Source: a virus
Virus record (IMG/VR): IMGVR_UViG_3300031788_000002
Coordinates: 64,001-128,000 of that record
Length of the DNA: 64,000 nucleotides
Reading direction: 5' to 3' (one strand)
Position 1 is the stretch's first letter. Each line of letters starts with the position of its first letter. Shown in pieces: positions 9,505 to 18,586 of this stretch. The translations under genes and the position numbers were made by a program. The notes below the pieces were generated by a model. The model ran no database searches and was not told the DNA's origin. It saw only the letters and a program-made list of their open reading frames with translations.

Positions 9505-10182
9505 ATGGCTACTCGAAAGCTCTCGCGTGTGAAGGCCCCTCCCGCACCCGTGCCGGTGTGCACTGTAGAGGCGTGCGCCGCTGTTCCCCCGCCGGCGCCG
9601 TCTGCGCCGGTTGAGGAGACGTTGTCGAATGAACAGATGGTGGCGCTTTACAACAAATTGCGCGCGTCGGAACGAGGGGAGTACGCGCTGCAAAACGAAG
9701 AACGCCAAGCGCTGGATCGTATGGAATCTTCCCGCAACGCCCGGTGGAGAGCCCTTCGAGAGGAAGTGCCGCGCCCGACGCTAAAGGAAACGCCTTTGGT
9801 GATGGCGCAAGCGCTGGCGCCCCCCGTTAGCATTCGGCATCAAGCCGAAGATGGCAGCATCACGCTGCCCATTCCCGAAGAGCTGCGCTGGAAGTTGGCG
9901 TACCTGGAGTTGAAACGGGAGAAGGCGCTCGAAGCGGTTGTAGCGCCTCTGCGGCAGCAATATGCGGAAGCACTGAAGCGCGCCTGCGACCAAGCGCTTA
10001 CCGTATCGCCCGAGTACCGCGCTGCGGTGAACGCTGTAAATAGCGCGTCGAACGAAGCTCTTGATGTATTGGAGAAATTGATCCCCAGCACACACGCGGT
10101 TGTAACGCTCAATCATGAACAAGGGTTCGCGCAAGCGGTTGTAAACCCTGAGATGCACAGCAAGCGCTTTCTTATTACCTGA
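9505..10182 (+). CDS. Hypothetical helical protein, 225 aa (possible assembly chaperone)
   Basis: GGAG RBS; charged, coiled-coil-like composition unlike the flanking fibre genes. Confidence 0.5.
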   Translation: MATRKLSRVKAPPAPVPVCTVEACAAVPPPAPSAPVEETLSNEQMVALYNKLRASERGEYALQNEERQALDRMESSRNARWRALREEVPRPTLKETPLVMAQALAPPVSIRHQAEDGSITLPIPEELRWKLAYLELKREKALEAVVAPLRQQYAEALKRACDQALTVSPEYRAAVNAVNSASNEALDVLEKLIPSTHAVVTLNHEQGFAQAVVNPEMHSKRFLIT

Positions 10183-10183
10183 C

Positions 10184-10675
10184 ATGCCTATTGCCCTAAA
10201 GCTCGGTACCACCGGCAACCTGGCGCGCTTCGCTGTGGGTGATGCGCTGCTGGTTGACGAGATCGAAACGCTGAACCCTACGGGCAATCTGACAGTGGGT
10301 AGTTTGCTGGGTGCTACCCAGTCTCTTTACTTAGGATCGGCAGCGGCCACGACGGTTGTACAAGGCAACCTGTCGGTTATTGGGTCCTTCACGTTTTCGA
10401 ATTATGACCTGTACCTAGCGAATGATCCCGTTACCGTTTCAACAACGTACGCAAATACGTTCGTAGGAAACAAGCTGACGAACGAGACGTGGACGCGGGT
10501 AAGCGGTGGCACACTTCTTAAGAACATAGCGTACACGTACACGGGGAATAAAATGACCCAGGAAGTACGCACTATCTATGCGTCGAATGGTACGACTGTC
10601 GTTGCTCAGCTGACTGTGGCGTACAGTTATACTGGCAATAAGATGACGAGCGCCAACTCAACGCGCAACGTGTAG
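10184..10675 (+). CDS. Virion structural protein, 163 aa
   Basis: N-terminus paralogous to 7981..9492; repeated YTGNKMT-like unit. Confidence 0.55.
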   Translation: MPIALKLGTTGNLARFAVGDALLVDEIETLNPTGNLTVGSLLGATQSLYLGSAAATTVVQGNLSVIGSFTFSNYDLYLANDPVTVSTTYANTFVGNKLTNETWTRVSGGTLLKNIAYTYTGNKMTQEVRTIYASNGTTVVAQLTVAYSYTGNKMTSANSTRNV

Positions 10676-10682
10676 GAGCCTT

Positions 10683-12278
10683 ATGTTTTCGTTTCCTGGC
10701 GCTGCAGCTCCGACCTTCGCGGATCCCAATACGCAAGCGGTGCACACCAATGCGTCTGTGAGCGCCAGCGGGTCCGTTGTTCTTTCAGGTTACGGAGCGG
10801 GTTCGCTCGAGCTCATCGTCAACATCACCGCGTCGCCCACGGGAACGCTACCGACGCTCCAGTACACCGTCACCGAGGTGGACCCGGTAACGCTGACCGC
10901 AACCGTTGGGGCCGCGCATTCTTCCAATGTGTTCAGCGCCATCGGGATTCAAGTGTTGACCATTCCCACGCAAAGTGGCGCGGTGAAAGTAGCGTGGACG
11001 ATAGGAGGTACGGGCTCTCCCACGTTCACGGGGGTGAACGCGTCGGTAAGTGCGAAGGCCGACGTTGCGGTGGGTGCGGTAGGCGCTGCAGCACCGTTAA
11101 CGGCCGTGCAGGTCGCGGGCTCCGATGGAACTAATCTGCGCGCGCTTGCCACCAATACGTCAGGGCAGCTGGTTGTCGCCCCCTTAACTACCACAGATAA
11201 AAGTGGTTCCGGGACGCTAGGGGCCCTGAACGCTACGCTCACCGTTCCACTCAACGGATGCACTACGTTGACGTGCAGCACAACCGGTACGTGGAACGGT
11301 ACGGTAGAGGTTTTTGGGCAAGCTGGGGATGGACAGTGGGTTGGGCCCTTGCCCATTTTATTTGCCTATTCTTTTCAAAACTATTCCCTCAATCAAGGGT
11401 TTAACTTTGCAAGCAACATCGTCGGCAGCGTTAACGTCGGTGGCTATACCCAAATACAGCTTCAAATGACGGCGTATACGTCGGGTACAGTTACCATTAC
11501 GTGGAATGCTTCCGTTGCACCTGGGACTACAGGTGCTGTTGCTCTACTACCGGATCAAGCAATTGCAATTGCGGGGGGTCTGACTGCATACGGGCAAACC
11601 TTTTACAATAACCCCATTTGTATCGGCGGCGTTGACGGGGGTGGGTTATTGCGCTCCGCATTAACGGACACGTCGGGGCGCCTAGTTGTTACACAAACAA
11701 CGGCTACGAATCTTAAAGCACAAGTCGTTGGCCCGAACACGCTCGCGGATGCAACCGCCAACGCAGCAACTGCAGTACCCGCCCAGGCGTTTATTTCGGG
11801 GTACAATGGCACAACGTGGGACCGCACGCGTTCAGCTGGAAATGCAGCGGATGCTTTGGCCACGGTGGCATTGGGTGTCATCTACGTTAATGCGTTCAAC
11901 ATGGGGTACAACGGCACAACGTGGGACAGATTGAAGTCCAGTACCGCTAACGGTCTTCAAGTCGATGTAACGCGTGTGCAGGGGACGGTTTCAACAAAGC
12001 CAACGACCGCATCGACCCCGGCCGTCACACAAGTAGCTGGCAGTGCATCGAACGTGGTGCTCAAAGTTGCCAACGCCAATCGGTTAGGTTTACTCATCTA
12101 CAACGACAGCACAGCCATCCTCTATGCAAAGCTGGGGACGACTGCGTCGAGCACCAGCTATTCGGTGCAGCTTGCACCCCAAACTTCTTTTTCAATCCCC
12201 TTTGGATATACGGGAGAGGTCGATGGTATCTGGGCATCGGCTGCGGGAAACGCGTACGTTACAGAGTTGACTGCGTAA
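10683..12278 (+). CDS. Fibre/structural protein, 531 aa
   Basis: AGGAG RBS; internal repeats GYNGTTWDR (twice) and G.DG..LR...T.TSG.LVV (twice). Confidence 0.55.
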   Translation: MFSFPGAAAPTFADPNTQAVHTNASVSASGSVVLSGYGAGSLELIVNITASPTGTLPTLQYTVTEVDPVTLTATVGAAHSSNVFSAIGIQVLTIPTQSGAVKVAWTIGGTGSPTFTGVNASVSAKADVAVGAVGAAAPLTAVQVAGSDGTNLRALATNTSGQLVVAPLTTTDKSGSGTLGALNATLTVPLNGCTTLTCSTTGTWNGTVEVFGQAGDGQWVGPLPILFAYSFQNYSLNQGFNFASNIVGSVNVGGYTQIQLQMTAYTSGTVTITWNASVAPGTTGAVALLPDQAIAIAGGLTAYGQTFYNNPICIGGVDGGGLLRSALTDTSGRLVVTQTTATNLKAQVVGPNTLADATANAATAVPAQAFISGYNGTTWDRTRSAGNAADALATVALGVIYVNAFNMGYNGTTWDRLKSSTANGLQVDVTRVQGTVSTKPTTASTPAVTQVAGSASNVVLKVANANRLGLLIYNDSTAILYAKLGTTASSTSYSVQLAPQTSFSIPFGYTGEVDGIWASAAGNAYVTELTA

Positions 12279-12287
12279 GGAGACCGC

Positions 12288-12626
12288 ATGACTTCGCAAA
12301 CGTTAACCGCCGTCATTGCTTCGTGGACCCCCGTCAATGTGAATGCCGGTACGTATACTTGTCAGTACTTCGTGCAGGATCAACCAACAACAGCCGCATC
12401 CACCATGTTCTGGTATCGGGGTATGGTCCAAGCACAGGCTCTGCCGGCAGCGCCCGCGACCGCTGCTATCACACCGGTTACGCTCACGGGTTTGACGCAG
12501 GCGGCCCTTCTACAAAGCTTGCAAGCCGATGTAGCTAACCTCGTCGTCGCTTTGACAGCAAAGTACCCGACGGTTATTACGGTTCCAATCGGCTATGCAA
12601 CGCCGGTCATCGTGAATATTCCGTGA
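12288..12626 (+). CDS. Hypothetical protein, 112 aa
   Basis: AAGGAG RBS; operon packing. Confidence 0.55.
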   Translation: MTSQTLTAVIASWTPVNVNAGTYTCQYFVQDQPTTAASTMFWYRGMVQAQALPAAPATAAITPVTLTGLTQAALLQSLQADVANLVVALTAKYPTVITVPIGYATPVIVNIP

Positions 12627-12627
12627 T

Positions 12628-13161
12628 ATGAGCTACTTGATCGCTGATGCGCAGGATGTCGTTCCTCTCAGCCTCGTGGTGGAGCGCGAGGGCGTGGGGG
12701 GTATCGCGGGGTTATCCCCCACGGTAGCTCTGCGCCTCGGGGAAGATCCAACACAATACTTGGACTGGTCCCTCATGGCCTTCAAAGCCAGCGGATGGGT
12801 AACGAAGTACAAGACCATGACGGGGGTTGAGCGCGGGCACTACTACACGCTTCTCAGCTTGCCGACGTTGGGGGCTGTAGCCGGGGCGTCTTACGTGGCA
12901 CAGTTCAACGTGAACAATGGCGCCGATGTTCAAGGGGAGGCCGAGGACGTTCTTTTAGTGACCTCGGTCGCTACGGATGTTGCGTTGCTTCGAAAGGCGC
13001 TGACCAACCGAATGGAAGAATCTCCGGGCAACCCAGGGCAGCTCACCCTGTTTGACGATGACGGCTTCACCGTTTTGGCGCGGTGGCAGCTTACGGACAC
13101 GACCGGGGGGGCGGTGGTCAGCAGTTTGGGGACGCCGGCGCGTCGGAGCGCGCGCGTGTAA
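12628..13161 (+). CDS. Hypothetical virion protein, 177 aa
   Basis: Operon packing; C-terminal LTLFDDDGFTVL resembles ends of phage structural proteins. Confidence 0.5.
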   Translation: MSYLIADAQDVVPLSLVVEREGVGGIAGLSPTVALRLGEDPTQYLDWSLMAFKASGWVTKYKTMTGVERGHYYTLLSLPTLGAVAGASYVAQFNVNNGADVQGEAEDVLLVTSVATDVALLRKALTNRMEESPGNPGQLTLFDDDGFTVLARWQLTDTTGGAVVSSLGTPARRSARV

Positions 13162-13373
13162 TGCGCAGCGGCTTTCTTGCGTTGACGGGCGTTCCTTTCG
13201 GAACGCTTACGATCACCCGGGGCCTCGGGGGTTTCGGCACAGGGTTGGTGGAGCCGGTTGTAGAGGAGGGCGCGGAGCTTCCACGTCCGGCCCCGCGAGC
13301 GGTGCCCGAGAACAAGAAGGCGCCCACGGCGCTTGTTTACCAACCGATGGCTAAGAAAAAGAGGGGGCGCTAA
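13161..13373 (+). CDS. Hypothetical protein, 70 aa (MRSGFLALTG...)
   Basis: ATG at 13161 overlaps the upstream TAA. Confidence 0.45.
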   Translation: MRSGFLALTGVPFGTLTITRGLGGFGTGLVEPVVEEGAELPRPAPRAVPENKKAPTALVYQPMAKKKRGR

Positions 13374-13381
13374 GCGCCCCT
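13353..13381 (-). terminator. Intrinsic terminator at the end of the leftward replication operon
   Basis: Stem GGGGCGC/GCGCCCC (13364-13380) followed on the minus strand by CTCTTTTTCTT; lies between convergent operons. Confidence 0.65.
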
Positions 13382-13384
13382 GTA

Positions 13385-13573
13385 TCAGTCGAGCTCCGCC
13401 CCTTGCAAACGGCGCAGGGGGGAGTCCGGCGCCCCGAAAACTTCGAGGCCCGCCAGCGCTACGATGTCCCGCAAAGACGCTTCGGGCGCCGTCGGGTCAA
13501 CGTCGATAAGATCCTCAGGCCGAGGAAGAACACAGCCCGGCCAGAGGTTCGCGCTGGCCGCTAGGCTTTTCCC
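13385..13573 (-). other. Programmed -1 ribosomal frameshift site with 60-aa extension frame
   Basis: In-frame G GGA AAA (13573-13567) just before GCC TAG; 6-nt spacer; CGGCCAG/CTGGCCG hairpin (13560-13538); the -1 frame is open to TGA at 13387-13385. Confidence 0.7.
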
Positions 13574-14496
13574 ATGAGCGACGCCAAGAGATCTGCCGAG
13601 AGCTGCTCGTCGTAGCCCTGGCGGAGGTGCGCCTTGTAGTATTCCAGCAGTTGCGTGTGATCCATGTTCAGCGCGCGCTCGGTGAGCATCATCAGCATCA
13701 TCAACTGGACGTTCGTGAGCTTGACGCCGCCAGTTACACGCTTGTTGAGCTCGGTCACGCTGGCGGACAGCTGTTCCTGCACCAAGGTCAGCCGCTGGAT
13801 GGTCTCGGCAATTTGGAGAAGCGTGACGTTCGTCTCCCGAGCGTTGGTTCCTTGCGGCTGTTGCATGGCGGGCTGTTGAGGAAAGGGGATCGGTTGCTGC
13901 ATGGGTTGCTGCGGCACGAGTTGCGGGTTCGTCGACATACCAGGTCCCGGCATCGTCGGCATCCCGAAAGACGTCGGGGAGTTCATCGGCATCGTCGGCA
14001 TCCCGAAGGACGGCGGCGCGTTCATCGTGTTTGGCATCTGGGTAGGGATTTGTCCCGGCATCGACTGCGGTTGCGAAGGCATTTGACCGGGCGCACCCAT
14101 GTGCGGGGGGAGCATGTGCGCGGGGATCACGACAGGGACTTGCGGCCCGGGCATCTGCGGGTTGAAGCCCCCCGGTTGCTGTTGTTGCTGTGGAAAGCCG
14201 CCTTGCACCGGCTGTTGCTGGAAGGGCAGTTGCTGCGGGTTGTTCGGCATTTGGGGCGGCATCTGGGGGTTGTTGTTCATGGCAGTTCCTTTTCTCTTGT
14301 CATGCTCGATCAGCGCGTCCGCAACGGTTTGAGCGCGGGCGTCCACGCTGAGGTCATGAAATGCGATCTTTTGTTCTTCCGTGCTGCACAAACCCATCAA
14401 GTGCATGAGCCTGTACAAGCCGGCCAATTGATACTGTGTTTTGAGGGCAGCGACATCGCGGGGGGCGGTATCGATGCTTACAAGGGCGATTCCCAC
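13561..14496 (-). CDS. Q/P/M-rich low-complexity protein with C-terminal coiled coil, about 311 aa
   Basis: Likely GTG start at 14496 (AGGAG RBS, TAGTG overlap with the upstream gene); ends ...LMGKA*. Confidence 0.7.
   Translation of the reverse strand: MGIALVSIDTAPRDVAALKTQYQLAGLYRLMHLMGLCSTEEQKIAFHDLSVDARAQTVADALIEHDKRKGTAMNNNPQMPPQMPNNPQQLPFQQQPVQGGFPQQQQQPGGFNPQMPGPQVPVVIPAHMLPPHMGAPGQMPSQPQSMPGQIPTQMPNTMNAPPSFGMPTMPMNSPTSFGMPTMPGPGMSTNPQLVPQQPMQQPIPFPQQPAMQQPQGTNARETNVTLLQIAETIQRLTLVQEQLSASVTELNKRVTGGVKLTNVQLMMLMMLTERALNMDHTQLLEYYKAHLRQGYDEQLSADLLASLMGKA
13948..14025 (-). repeat. Imperfect 39-nt tandem duplication encoding MN(A/S)P(P/T)SFGMPTMP twice
   Basis: CATCGTCGGCATCCCGAA recurs at 39-nt spacing. 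Confidence 0.7.
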
Positions 14497-14891
14497 TACT
14501 TTCTCCTGAGCTGCGTTAGGCGCTGTTGATGATCGGGGGAGAGCTCGGACCAACAAGCCGACACCTGCATATCAACACAGCGATAGCAGGGCTTTGCGTC
14601 GACCTTGGCAGGGTCTGGGTTGCGAATGTTCTTCGCCGGGCACTTCAGCTGTGCCTGTAAGTTGCTCCAAAACTCGGTGATGAACGTGATGAGGTTGACG
14701 CGCAATTCATCGAGGGCGTTGGGCTCTACGACAAACTCTTTACCCAAAAGCGCCTCGATGTACGCTGCGCGGTACCAGTTCGGTTGAACCGGTAGTTCCG
14801 CATGACGGCAGAGCTGGTAGAGCTCCGTGCGGTTCATGTGAGCGAAGAGTTCATAGAGCTCTTGCGTGGAGGAATCGAGCGATGGGTCCAT
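14496..14891 (-). CDS. Hypothetical protein, 131 aa, with Cys cluster
   Basis: CPAK...CYRC...C; operon packing. Confidence 0.55.
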   Translation of the reverse strand: MDPSLDSSTQELYELFAHMNRTELYQLCRHAELPVQPNWYRAAYIEALLGKEFVVEPNALDELRVNLITFITEFWSNLQAQLKCPAKNIRNPDPAKVDAKPCYRCVDMQVSACWSELSPDHQQRLTQLRRK

Positions 14892-15309
14892 CTTCGTCTT
14901 CGTTCCAGGCCCAGACTTCTGTGAAGGGGTCCTGATTCGGAAGGGTTACGGTTTTCGCACTTGAGATAGCAAAGTTTTGAGCGTCGTTACACCCGGCTGT
15001 TTTGGCGATGATATCTTCGAGTAACTTCACTCTATTGGACGCATCATTGCTCTTATGCCGAGCTACCTTCGTGGATTTCAGCCAGCGCTCGTTGTAAAGC
15101 TCTTCTTCGCGGAAGTGAAGTAGAAGAAGCACCTCGTACTCCACATTGGGGCGAAAGAACGCCAAGAAGTCAGGGTGGTTTTTTCCTAGAAACCCCTGCA
15201 CTTCGTTCTTGAAACGCTCCCCCTCTTTGGTCAGTTTACGGAAGCGCCCGCGGGTAAAGTACGCGTGGTTGGTCGACGGGGGAAAGAGGGGAAGGCAGAC
15301 GTACATCAT
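14851..15309 (-). CDS. RusA-like Holliday junction resolvase
   Basis: PPSTNHAY N-terminal motif and DASNRVKLLEDII (D-x-x-N-x-x-K-x-x-x-D pattern). Confidence 0.7.
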   Translation of the reverse strand: MMYVCLPLFPPSTNHAYFTRGRFRKLTKEGERFKNEVQGFLGKNHPDFLAFFRPNVEYEVLLLLHFREEELYNERWLKSTKVARHKSNDASNRVKLLEDIIAKTAGCNDAQNFAISSAKTVTLPNQDPFTEVWAWNEDEDGPIARFLHARAL

Positions 15310-15890
15310 GGGGGTGTCAAGCGTCGGAGTCCCCGGCGTCCTTGGTCCATGTTGGTCATTTCGACGTTCTGCCCCCGAAGGGTTACCTGGCGGCTCAGTC
15401 CCTTGGCGTAGCGCTCGAGCGCCTCCAAGATGGCGGTGATTTGCTTGTTGGCAACTTCGAGGTCCTGTTCAAGCTTCAGAAGTTCCCGAAAGCGCGGCTG
15501 TTCCTTGACCAAGTCTCTCAGAACGGTTTCGGCAGGTTTCGGACGCTTACCGAGGGCCACTTCATTGCGTATGGTGGCGCGTAGGTCGACCCCGATGATG
15601 TCCATTTCATTGCGTATGGTGATGAGCCGCCCTTCGATCTCCGCCTTGGCGCAGCTCGTGTACTCGAACCAGCAATCCACCTGGCCCATCAGGATGGAAT
15701 AGGCGTCGCCTTCGAGGCGGGTGTATTGATCGGGATGAATGAGTGGGCGAGGAAAAGGGGGACGGCCCGGGGGGTCGAACCCCTTCATGGACAATTCCAT
15801 GAACACGTCGTCGTAGCTATCCCATGTCGCGTGTGCAGCGGCTTCTTGCTGTTGCCCCAAGCCGATGTTGCCGCCTACGTGCAGCGTCAT
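15306..15890 (-). CDS. Coiled-coil protein, possibly a UvsY-like recombination mediator
   Basis: Long helical hairpin pattern and proximity to RecA; the function is a guess. Confidence 0.35.
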   Translation of the reverse strand: MTLHVGGNIGLGQQQEAAAHATWDSYDDVFMELSMKGFDPPGRPPFPRPLIHPDQYTRLEGDAYSILMGQVDCWFEYTSCAKAEIEGRLITIRNEMDIIGVDLRATIRNEVALGKRPKPAETVLRDLVKEQPRFRELLKLEQDLEVANKQITAILEALERYAKGLSRQVTLRGQNVEMTNMDQGRRGLRRLTPP

Positions 15891-16744
15891 GTCAGCCTCC
15901 TAGGTACGAGAGAACGTTTGCGGCTTTGCGCGTGCCGGGTATAGGCCGGTTCGCAGGGCCGTTCGAAGGGGCACCATGTGCAGTGGCGCCCTTCTTCTCG
16001 ATCGGGAAGTTGGTTCTGGGACGCAAGTAAGTGAATGTGCTTGGCCCGGCTGTCCATAAAGTTCCAAGCGTTGACGTCGAAGGGGATGAGCCAGGGGGTC
16101 TTTGGGGGTGTGTAGTTGCTGTTCGACTTGTTGTAATAAAGGATCCACGTCAGCGGAACATCGAGTAATCGCTGATACAGAGACACCTGCTGTACGTGGT
16201 CTTTATCCGGCTGCTTGATCTTGTCGTACTCCGGGGCGCTCTTGGTTTTGATCTCGAGCAGGATGCGCAAGTAAATATTTTCTTCCTGGTCGTAGAACGT
16301 GAAGAGGCCGTCGGCGCTGGACTGGTAAAGATACTGGGCGGCCAGGGCACTGGTTGTGGCGTCGATGCGTAGCTCGTGCTCGAACACGAGCTTGCCGCCC
16401 GTGTTGAAGCACATACGCTGGAAGTCGTCTTGCAGCAGTGCGTGCACCATGTGCCCCATGTCGAAGCGCATCTGCATGTTGACGTCCGCATCTTCTTCAT
16501 TGACGGTCTTCTGCGCATTTATCAACGAGTAGGCCGCGTGCCGACTGCAATGGCACAATTCAGACGCGTGAAGCCCCGGAGCACGGTCTTCGTCTCCGGG
16601 GATGAATGCATTCACCGTACGCCGGCGTTTGCGCTGCGACTTGTAGTGTTCGAAGATACCCTTTAGTGCGGCCACATGGGCGAGCAGGGGCTTCCAGTCG
16701 TTGAGGGGGTCGTAGAGGTCATTGATCGTTACGAGACGGGGCAC
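15887..16744 (-). CDS. Cas4-like PD-(D/E)xK exonuclease
   Basis: HASELCHC, SADG, EIKT, QVSLY and C-terminal CTWCPFERPC (1+3 Cys Fe-S arrangement). Confidence 0.8.
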   Translation of the reverse strand: MPRLVTINDLYDPLNDWKPLLAHVAALKGIFEHYKSQRKRRRTVNAFIPGDEDRAPGLHASELCHCSRHAAYSLINAQKTVNEEDADVNMQMRFDMGHMVHALLQDDFQRMCFNTGGKLVFEHELRIDATTSALAAQYLYQSSADGLFTFYDQEENIYLRILLEIKTKSAPEYDKIKQPDKDHVQQVSLYQRLLDVPLTWILYYNKSNSNYTPPKTPWLIPFDVNAWNFMDSRAKHIHLLASQNQLPDREEGRHCTWCPFERPCEPAYTRHAQSRKRSLVPRRLT

Positions 16745-17246
16745 CGCTTACCTGCTTCCAGTGTTCATAGGGGACCAGGATCCACTGGTCGTCAACGTGC
16801 AGCGTCGACCGGTTGGTAAAGTTAATCTGGAAAAGGGGAACCTCACCGAGCGCACACTCAGAACGAATCTTGTCGAGGTCGGCTCTCTCCACCCTTATCC
16901 CCTTGGTGAAGGCGGTTTTATTCTCGATGCGGTACTTGCCCTTGACGCGGCCATCCCCTTTGCGCCAGGAGAGCGCCCCCGACCCCCGTTGACGGTGCCC
17001 GCCCATGTCCGCGGCTACCGCTTCTTCTTGCTTCATGGTCGCGCGCTTGACGCGCTTCGCGCTGGGCAGGGGGGGAAGCACGCTGGGAGCAAGGAGGGGC
17101 ACGTTGATGGGGCGCTCCGAGGTCATCGCCTCGAACAACCCATCGTAGTTACCCGTCCACACGCCCACCGCATTACCCACGGAGAACTGCCAGTTCATTC
17201 GTTCGGGCGTCAGCGTAATGGGAAGGATCTTCAGCGATACAAGCAT
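16719..17246 (-). CDS. Hjc-like PD-(D/E)xK nuclease/resolvase
   Basis: QEEAVA...GSGA...KGD...IENK motif series. Confidence 0.6.
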   Translation of the reverse strand: MLVSLKILPITLTPERMNWQFSVGNAVGVWTGNYDGLFEAMTSERPINVPLLAPSVLPPLPSAKRVKRATMKQEEAVAADMGGHRQRGSGALSWRKGDGRVKGKYRIENKTAFTKGIRVERADLDKIRSECALGEVPLFQINFTNRSTLHVDDQWILVPYEHWKQVSGAPSRNDQ

Positions 17247-18586
17247 TGCACACCCGCTGACGCGAAGACTTCGCGTCTAACAAAGAACTCAAAGTTGACG
17301 TTACCCATCAAGTGCATACGCAGGTCATTTTCCGTAGGGTACTTGGTGCCCTCCAGGGGTTGCCGTGTCTGCCAATTGGTGACCATGAAGTAGCCACCGA
17401 AATTGGTGATGACACCACGGTGCGCCGCGGAGCGAATCAAGTCGCCATACATGTCGGTACCAAAGAGGTCGTAGTAGTACCGAAACTCTCCCGTGATGTT
17501 CTCGTGGGTTCCCGCTTTGCCCTTGAGGGTTTTGTAGTGGACCTCCTTTCCTATCGCGACCTTGTTGTTATCGTTAATCTTCGCGCCGCTCCAGAGCACG
17601 ACGTCGATGAGTTTGAAGTGCTTGCTGGCTTCGCCCCCTTTGACCTCCCAGTCCTGGATGTACTTCTGCATAGGACTTGGGGCGCTGCCCTTGCTCTGAT
17701 TGGCTACGACCTGCTGCACCATCATTAAGGTGGTGTTGTTGGTACCCCGGCGCGTCGTGGGTACGTAGTTCAACCAGAACTGCTTCATTAAAAACGCGTG
17801 GGCGCCGCGTTTGGCGAACTCATCGAGGTCTTTTTCTGCATCGGCCTGAGGTTGCAGCGAGGAAATGCTGTCGATGGCGACGATGTTACAAACGCTGCGT
17901 GACGTGAGGCCCAGAACTCCTTCGAGAATCTTCTCGCCGGTATCCCCCTGGATGGTTTCAATGTGCCCAACCTGCCGCTTCCAAAAGTCGATCTCTGTGG
18001 AAGAGAGCTGGGGGTAACCTCGCTGGTGGCGGATCTCGTTCCAGTTGTTGAGCACATTGTCGGGCACGGCGATGTAGCAGCCGACCTTTCGAATCCATTC
18101 AAAGTCCATGGCGCCCTCGGTATGGGCGATGGCCCCAATGAAATCATCGCCATAGATGCGTTGTTGCATGGCGAACATACGCCAGAGCAACCAGCTCTTG
18201 CCCGACCCGTAGGGCCCCGAAAGCATGGCGCCCCCACCGGCGGGAAACCCGCCCCCGAGGGCGATGTCGAGCTCGATGATGCCCGTGGGTCGTCGGAGCA
18301 AGTAAGGGCTTTCCAGGTCCTCTGCACTGACGAAAGTTTCGGGGTTCTTTTGGCGGAGCGCGTTGATCTCGCGCATCTTCTCCGCGTAGGACTTGTCCGT
18401 AACGCGGGTGAAGGTCTCGGTAGGGCTGAGCGCGCTCATGGAGGCCAGTGCTCCTTGGGGAGCAACCCCGGCGCTGACCTCGGAGGTCATCGCTACGGAA
18501 ACGGTAGCGATCTTGGGCTGCGCTTTACCCTTGGCTTTCTTATCGTTGGGGGCGGGGTCTACTACGGTCTTTTTCTTTGCTGGCAT
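17231..18586 (-). CDS. recA: RecA-family recombinase
   Basis: PTGIIELDIALGGGFP, Walker A GPYGSGKS, VAIDSISSL, KGGEASKHF. Confidence 0.85.
   Translation of the reverse strand: MPAKKKTVVDPAPNDKKAKGKAQPKIATVSVAMTSEVSAGVAPQGALASMSALSPTETFTRVTDKSYAEKMREINALRQKNPETFVSAEDLESPYLLRRPTGIIELDIALGGGFPAGGGAMLSGPYGSGKSWLLWRMFAMQQRIYGDDFIGAIAHTEGAMDFEWIRKVGCYIAVPDNVLNNWNEIRHQRGYPQLSSTEIDFWKRQVGHIETIQGDTGEKILEGVLGLTSRSVCNIVAIDSISSLQPQADAEKDLDEFAKRGAHAFLMKQFWLNYVPTTRRGTNNTTLMMVQQVVANQSKGSAPSPMQKYIQDWEVKGGEASKHFKLIDVVLWSGAKINDNNKVAIGKEVHYKTLKGKAGTHENITGEFRYYYDLFGTDMYGDLIRSAAHRGVITNFGGYFMVTNWQTRQPLEGTKYPTENDLRMHLMGNVNFEFFVRREVFASAGVQCLYR

Noticed and set aside
13459-13563. TAG readthrough or an alternative genetic code
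   Set aside because: The 0-frame continuation is short and ends in another TAG. TAG, TAA and TGA all end genes normally across the window, and the -1 frame explains the gap better.
13561-14496. Calling the frameshifting gene a tail assembly chaperone
   Set aside because: It is on the opposite strand from the tail genes, has no adjacent tape-measure gene, and has an atypical low-complexity composition. Not excluded, but unsupported.
15887-16744. Cas4-like gene as part of a CRISPR-Cas locus
   Set aside because: No repeat-spacer array or other cas genes were seen; solo Cas4-like nucleases are common in phage replication modules.
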